From an uncultured virus (IMG/VR IMGVR_UViG_3300013981_000002) (taxonomy: Duplodnaviria; Heunggongvirae; Uroviricota; Caudoviricetes; Autographiviridae), in the IMG/VR virus record IMGVR_UViG_3300013981_000002: DNA of 20,000 bases; one strand, 5' to 3'. Both the position numbers and the translations under genes were made by a program. Numbering within the stretch: the first letter of the stretch is position 1; every line of letters starts with the position of its first letter. The notes beneath the pieces were generated by a model. The model was not told the origin of the DNA. It made no database searches and worked only from the letters and a program-made list of their open reading frames with translations. Below, in pieces: positions 15,856 to 20,000 of this stretch.

Positions 15856-16293
15856 TTAGAGTTTGTAGAGGTGGACTTCGGTGCGTGGTTCTTCGTCCGG
15901 CTGCGCCCAGCGCTTACCGGAGAGCAGCCACATGACTTGCTTGTCGTCGGCCCAATAGCCGGTGGCTTTGGTCACAACGTCCATCGGCCCCTTGGCGAGG
16001 TTGTCCACGTCGCCCTTGGGAAACGCGGCCTTCGAGGTCTTGGCGCGTTTGCATACCGCGATGATGACTACTAAAACCGGATCGGTCGGCGATAGGTCCA
16101 GATCACCGGCTGGCAGATGCTTCTCTGCCGCTTCCTTCCAGGTCTTGTAGGTCTTGCCGTAGTAGACGCCCCAGCGCGATACCTTCGGGCGCGAGGCGGG
16201 CACCGGGTCGAACGGGAACGTGAGGGAGGCCAAGTGCTTGGCCCCCCTCGCGGTGTCCACGATGACCGACAGCGGATCAGTAGTCGCCGTCAT
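15856..16293 (-). CDS. rusA: RusA-family Holliday junction resolvase
   Basis: PVPASRPKV, GDVDNLAKGPMD and WADDKQV match the RusA DxDNxxKxxxD and DDxQ motifs. ATG at 16293 with GAGG SD. Confidence 0.85.
   Translation of the reverse strand: MTATTDPLSVIVDTARGAKHLASLTFPFDPVPASRPKVSRWGVYYGKTYKTWKEAAEKHLPAGDLDLSPTDPVLVVIIAVCKRAKTSKAAFPKGDVDNLAKGPMDVVTKATGYWADDKQVMWLLSGKRWAQPDEEPRTEVHLYKL
16059..16075 (-). promoter_or_regulatory. Predicted phage RNAP promoter (P2) inside rusA
   Basis: Exact copy of TTTAGTAGTCATCATCG, using codons TTA GTA that are rare in this GC-rich genome. Confidence 0.72.
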
Positions 16294-16942
16294 CGCCCTC
16301 GTCGTCGGAGTCGCTGTCGTCGTCCGAGTCGTCATCGCTGTCGCTGAACGGCGCGCTGTCGTCGGCCTCGTATCCGTCCTCCTCGCCGAAGCCGTAGTCC
16401 TTGGCGTTGCGCTGGCCGAACTCGACCAGTTCGATCACCTGGACGGCGACCATGTAGCAGGTCAGGTAGAACTTCTTGGCCGATTCGACGAACGAACCAC
16501 CGATCTCGTAGGAGACCTTGAGTTCGCTGCCGCCGCCGATCTGCGGCGGGTTGTCGATCTTCTTGCCGCGGGCGTCGAAGATGTCCGGGCGCATGGTGAA
16601 CTTCTTGCCGGTGCGCTTGCTGACGCCGCTGGCCTTCATCTTGAACTTCACCAGCACGCGGCCGGTGTCATCGCCGTTCTCGTCGGTTTCTTCGGTGAAC
16701 ACCGGGGCCACTTCGGCACCCTTCTTCTTCTTCGGGTTCTCGCTCAGGAACTCCTGGAACAGCTCGTCGCGCCGGGTTTCCAGCTTCTTCGCCAGCGCCT
16801 TGAAGTCCTTGTCGTTCGGGTCGAACGCCAGGCTCACGGTGTATTCGCCTTCCGGCTTGAACTTGGTGTCCGGTTCGTTCAGTCGCGGCCACACGGCGGT
16901 GCCCTTCGGGGAGACGAATCGTTCGCGCTTCTTGGTTGCCAT
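16277..16942 (-). CDS. Single-stranded DNA-binding protein (T7 gp2.5-like)
   Basis: SPKG.A.WP.L..PD, KFKM.AS and IGGGSELKV motifs, with a long acidic tail ending in an aromatic residue (DGDY). Start at ATG 16942 (TGATG). Confidence 0.92.
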   Translation of the reverse strand: MATKKRERFVSPKGTAVWPRLNEPDTKFKPEGEYTVSLAFDPNDKDFKALAKKLETRRDELFQEFLSENPKKKKGAEVAPVFTEETDENGDDTGRVLVKFKMKASGVSKRTGKKFTMRPDIFDARGKKIDNPPQIGGGSELKVSYEIGGSFVESAKKFYLTCYMVAVQVIELVEFGQRNAKDYGFGEEDGYEADDSAPFSDSDDDSDDDSDSDDEGDDGDY

Positions 16943-17100
16943 CAGTTGTCGGTCTCGTAGTTGGTCGGGAGATAGATGCCCGCTCGCCACAGGTCGGCGG
17001 CGGCGGTCAGCGGGGTGTCGGCGGAAATGCCGAAGGCTTCGTCGATGTCGAAGCCGACGAGCGCCTCGTCGATGAAGGCGTCGGTGATCGGGTCACGCAT
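16942..17100 (-). CDS. Small acidic hypothetical protein (52 aa)
   Basis: MRDPITDAFIDEALVGFDIDEAFGISADTPLTAAADLWRAGIYLPTNYETDN. TAATG and TGATG coupling at the two ends. Confidence 0.7.
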   Translation of the reverse strand: MRDPITDAFIDEALVGFDIDEAFGISADTPLTAAADLWRAGIYLPTNYETDN

Positions 17101-17384
17101 TACGGGTAGTGCGGTTTCAGCTCGCGCTCCGCGTAGCGGCGCACGGCGTTGAGGGTGTTGACCTGCCGGTAGCGGCAGTCCTGCTCCATGCGCGAGACGA
17201 CCCGCAGCACTTCCATCGGATCGAGGCCGAGCACTTCGCAGAAGTTCTTGAAGGCGCACGCCAGGCCGATCACCTGATCGGCCGGGTGACCGAGGGATTG
17301 CACGCTGTCGATCACGACGAAAGCGCCGCGTGCGGCGCTCTCGGCAGAACGTGAGTGCAGTCCGTCGATGACGCGATCACGCAC
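17100..17384 (-). CDS. Hypothetical protein (94 aa)
   Basis: GTG start with GGAG upstream, typical codon usage, coupled to neighbours. Confidence 0.75.
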   Translation of the reverse strand: MRDRVIDGLHSRSAESAARGAFVVIDSVQSLGHPADQVIGLACAFKNFCEVLGLDPMEVLRVVSRMEQDCRYRQVNTLNAVRRYAERELKPHYP

Positions 17385-17520
17385 CTGCGTGCAGCTCCGT
17401 CATGCGGTGCTTGAACTCCTCGACCGTGCCGTGTTCGGCCGGGTTGTAGATGCCGAGGACCACACCGAAGTGGTCTTGGGCAACGTAGGTGTTCAGTGCG
17501 TGCTGGTAGTTGATGCTCAT
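17377..17520 (-). CDS. Hypothetical protein (47 aa)
   Basis: Manual translation MSINYQHALNTYVAQDHFGVVLGIYNPAEHGTVEEFKHRMTELHAGA. Fills the gap after RNAP. Confidence 0.65.
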   Translation of the reverse strand: MSINYQHALNTYVAQDHFGVVLGIYNPAEHGTVEEFKHRMTELHAGA

Positions 17521-17564
17521 GTGGATGTTCTCGTTTGGGGTATCAATTGCCAAAGGGGGATGGA

Positions 17565-20000
17565 CTAGGCAAAGAAGTAGCGCGACTCCAGCACCAGGCT
17601 GAGGTCCAGGTCGCCGTGCGGCGGGAGTGGTGGAAGTTTCTCTGCCGCTTCTGGCGGGAGCTGCTCGACGAGTTGCTGTCGGAAGTCGGCCAGTACGTCG
17701 CCGCTGTACTGATCGACGAACGCCTGCCGGAGCGCGGCGGCGAGGATTGCTGCCTTGCCCGCGTGTGTACCGTAGGAGTCATGGATCATTGCGAACGACT
17801 CGATGCCGTTCTCTGCCGCGAGGCAGGTGGTCAGCATCATGTGGCTGGCGTCACAGGAGTGGACGAAGTTCGGGCTGATCCCGAGGGTCTGCCTGCGACG
17901 GTCGAGCTTCGTACCGCCGATGTTGACTACTAAATTCGTCAGTCGGCCGCCCAGGTGGGCCTGGACGCGCACGCCTTCCTCCTCGCGGTACTCCTGGAGG
18001 ACCGGGAAGCCAGCGGGGGTCGTCCAGCTCACCGGCAGGTCGGCCGACGAGGCGACCTTAGAGGCATCGCGCAGCCAGTCCATCGCCGCGCGGGCCGCGA
18101 TCACGACCTCGCCGATGCACTCCCACAGCAGGGTCGCCAGGTACTCGGCGGTTTCCCAATCGTCCTCCATGCCCAGCTTCTTGAACTTGGAGAGCACCTG
18201 GGCGCGCATGCCCGACTTCGTGACGCCGTAGGGCAGCGTCATCACCGGCTGCTTCACGATGTCGCGGGTGAGCTGGCCGTCCAGCTTGATCGCCAGCGGG
18301 TCGCCGCCCTCGGCACGGGCGCGGAGCTTCTCCTGCGCCACGTCCTTCACGCGCGAATAGATGTCGGCGGGCTTCGGCTGCGGGATCAGGTTGGTGGCTG
18401 CGCCGCCCACGGAGTCGCGGAGCATGGCCGAGAAGTTCTGGAGGCCGTTGCAGGAACCGTCGAGCGCGATGGGCAGATGGGAGACGTGATCGCGGCCGTT
18501 GAGGCTGTAGCCGAGCCACTCGAAGCACGCGGCCAGCGCGCAGAACGGGCTGTCGGCGTCCATCCAGAAGCGTTGGCCGTCCAGCGGATCGAGGGCGCTG
18601 TCGAGAATCTGCTCCTCGTGCTCGCGCACCCAGGCCACGCGCTTCTCGAACGACACCTTGTCCACGCCGAAGCAGTTGGCAACGTGGATGGCGAGCCAGT
18701 AGGCACCGTCCTCGCCGAGCGGCACGCCTTGGGCGAACGTCAGCAGGCCCTTGGCCGCATCATCACCCTGCGGGGTCAGCGTCGGGGGCAGGGGGTAGCA
18801 ACGGCCGCGGAAGTCGAGGTTGTGCGGGAAGTAGATCGCGGGGTACTCGGCGAACTTCTCCGCCAGGGCGATCTTCTGCGCGGCGGCGAGGCGGGTGGAC
18901 ACGCTGCGCGCATTGGCCTCGTAGACCTTGGCGCGGTCGCGCTTCCATTCCTTGAACTCGTCGGCGTGGTGCTCCTTGAAGTAGTCCGGGTCGGTCTCCA
19001 GCAGGGCAGGGCGGCTCGGCAGGTCCATCAGCTCGCGCTCCGGCAGCCCGGCGACACCGCCGCCTGCGTTCCACAGCTCGCGCATGACCTCCAGGACTGG
19101 CACGTTCACCTTCCAGGCGGTTGCCTGGATGGCATTGAGGGCCTGGTAGACGTTGGGCATATCGACCAGCGCCAGCTCGCGCTTGTAGGCGCGGTTGCGG
19201 GTACGCACAAGGTCCGCCCGGCCGCCGATGTCGGTCAGGTAGCCGCCGTCGCGGGGCGTGGTCCACGGACGGGGCGGGACGACCATCGGCATCAGCACCG
19301 GCTGGTACAGGGCGGCGCTGTCGTGGGCCTTGGTCAGCCAGTCGAGCACCTTCTGATTCCCGGCGATCAGCAGGTGGCGCTTGCCGCGCTCGGCCACGGT
19401 GACCAGCTCGACCAGTCCGGTCGCCTCGACGAACAGCTCGATGAGCTTCATGCCCACCAGCAGGGCGTCCTTGTCGGACAGGTAGAGGCGCTTGTCGTCC
19501 TCGGGGCTGAACTCGGCGTCGGCAACGACGTGCCGCATCACTGCGGTGGAATGCCGAGCCGAAGTGGACTTCTTGAGCTGCTCCTGGACGACCCGGTATA
19601 GGCCGGGATGCTTCTCGCGGAGCAGGGAGAAGTTGATCTCGTTGGCGACCTCGTGGCCCAGGGTGATCGCCACGGACACCGCCTTGCGGTGATCGGCGAC
19701 GAGCGCGTTGACGCAGGTGAAGCTGGTCAGATAGGCGAGGGCGTGGGGGTTCAGGTGGCGGATGAACTTGAGGGCGGCGTGGCGCTTGCCCGGCTTGCCG
19801 GTGTCGGCTTCGGCCACGAACGCCGCGATTGCGGCGGCGGTGGCGTCGATGCTCTCCAGGACCAGCTTGCGGCCGGGGCCGGTCTCGGCCTCCTGGCGCT
19901 GCTCCCTGATCTTCTCGTAGCGGGCAATGCCCAGGCTGGTGCTCTCCTTCTCCAGTTCGAGCTGGGCGGCGTGCAGGTCGTTCTCTTGCCAAGTCGTCAT
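17565..20000 (-). CDS. T7-type single-subunit DNA-directed RNA polymerase
   Basis: 811 aa. DFRGRCYP, LDGSCNGLQ, R.IVKQPVMTLPYG, PNFVHS.DASH, IHDSYG and C-terminal YFFA. The ATG lies at the window edge, so an upstream start cannot be excluded. Confidence 0.98.
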   Translation of the reverse strand: MTTWQENDLHAAQLELEKESTSLGIARYEKIREQRQEAETGPGRKLVLESIDATAAAIAAFVAEADTGKPGKRHAALKFIRHLNPHALAYLTSFTCVNALVADHRKAVSVAITLGHEVANEINFSLLREKHPGLYRVVQEQLKKSTSARHSTAVMRHVVADAEFSPEDDKRLYLSDKDALLVGMKLIELFVEATGLVELVTVAERGKRHLLIAGNQKVLDWLTKAHDSAALYQPVLMPMVVPPRPWTTPRDGGYLTDIGGRADLVRTRNRAYKRELALVDMPNVYQALNAIQATAWKVNVPVLEVMRELWNAGGGVAGLPERELMDLPSRPALLETDPDYFKEHHADEFKEWKRDRAKVYEANARSVSTRLAAAQKIALAEKFAEYPAIYFPHNLDFRGRCYPLPPTLTPQGDDAAKGLLTFAQGVPLGEDGAYWLAIHVANCFGVDKVSFEKRVAWVREHEEQILDSALDPLDGQRFWMDADSPFCALAACFEWLGYSLNGRDHVSHLPIALDGSCNGLQNFSAMLRDSVGGAATNLIPQPKPADIYSRVKDVAQEKLRARAEGGDPLAIKLDGQLTRDIVKQPVMTLPYGVTKSGMRAQVLSKFKKLGMEDDWETAEYLATLLWECIGEVVIAARAAMDWLRDASKVASSADLPVSWTTPAGFPVLQEYREEEGVRVQAHLGGRLTNLVVNIGGTKLDRRRQTLGISPNFVHSCDASHMMLTTCLAAENGIESFAMIHDSYGTHAGKAAILAAALRQAFVDQYSGDVLADFRQQLVEQLPPEAAEKLPPLPPHGDLDLSLVLESRYFFA
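17918..17934 (-). promoter_or_regulatory. Predicted phage RNAP promoter (P1) inside the RNAP gene
   Basis: TTTAGTAGTCAACATCG, 16/17 identical to P2 and P3. Confidence 0.7.

Noticed and set aside
16280..16345. gtc/gtcgtc trinucleotide-like repeats
   Set aside because: These encode the acidic tail of the ssDNA-binding protein and are not an independent repeat element.
1..20000. CRISPR array, tRNA, integrase or IS element
   Set aside because: None seen. Whether this is a prophage or a lytic phage cannot be decided from this window.

Overview
A GC-rich segment of a T7-like (Autographiviridae-type) phage or prophage. All credible genes are on the minus strand and read from 20000 towards 1. The early/middle region holds a single-subunit RNA polymerase, three small ORFs, ssDNA-binding protein, a RusA-type resolvase, a degenerate T7-lysozyme homolog, a winged-HTH protein, primase-helicase, a nucleotidyltransferase, family A DNA polymerase and an HNH-like nuclease. 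It continues with an Rz/Rz1 spanin pair, a second lipoprotein, 5'-3' exonuclease, a small membrane protein and dNMP kinase. The virion module follows (gp7.3-like, portal, scaffold, major capsid, tail tubular A/B, gp13-like). The main observation is a 17-nt motif, TTTAGTAGTCA(T/A)CATCG, seen three times and likely the phage RNAP promoter. One copy sits in the RNAP codons for the promoter-specificity loop, and another is followed by a T7 phi10-like leader hairpin. Also notable are the lysozyme homolog lacking all catalytic and zinc residues, RusA in the endonuclease I position, spanins inside the replication module, and a structured capsid-to-tail intergenic region. Protein calls come from motif recall and synteny, not database searches.
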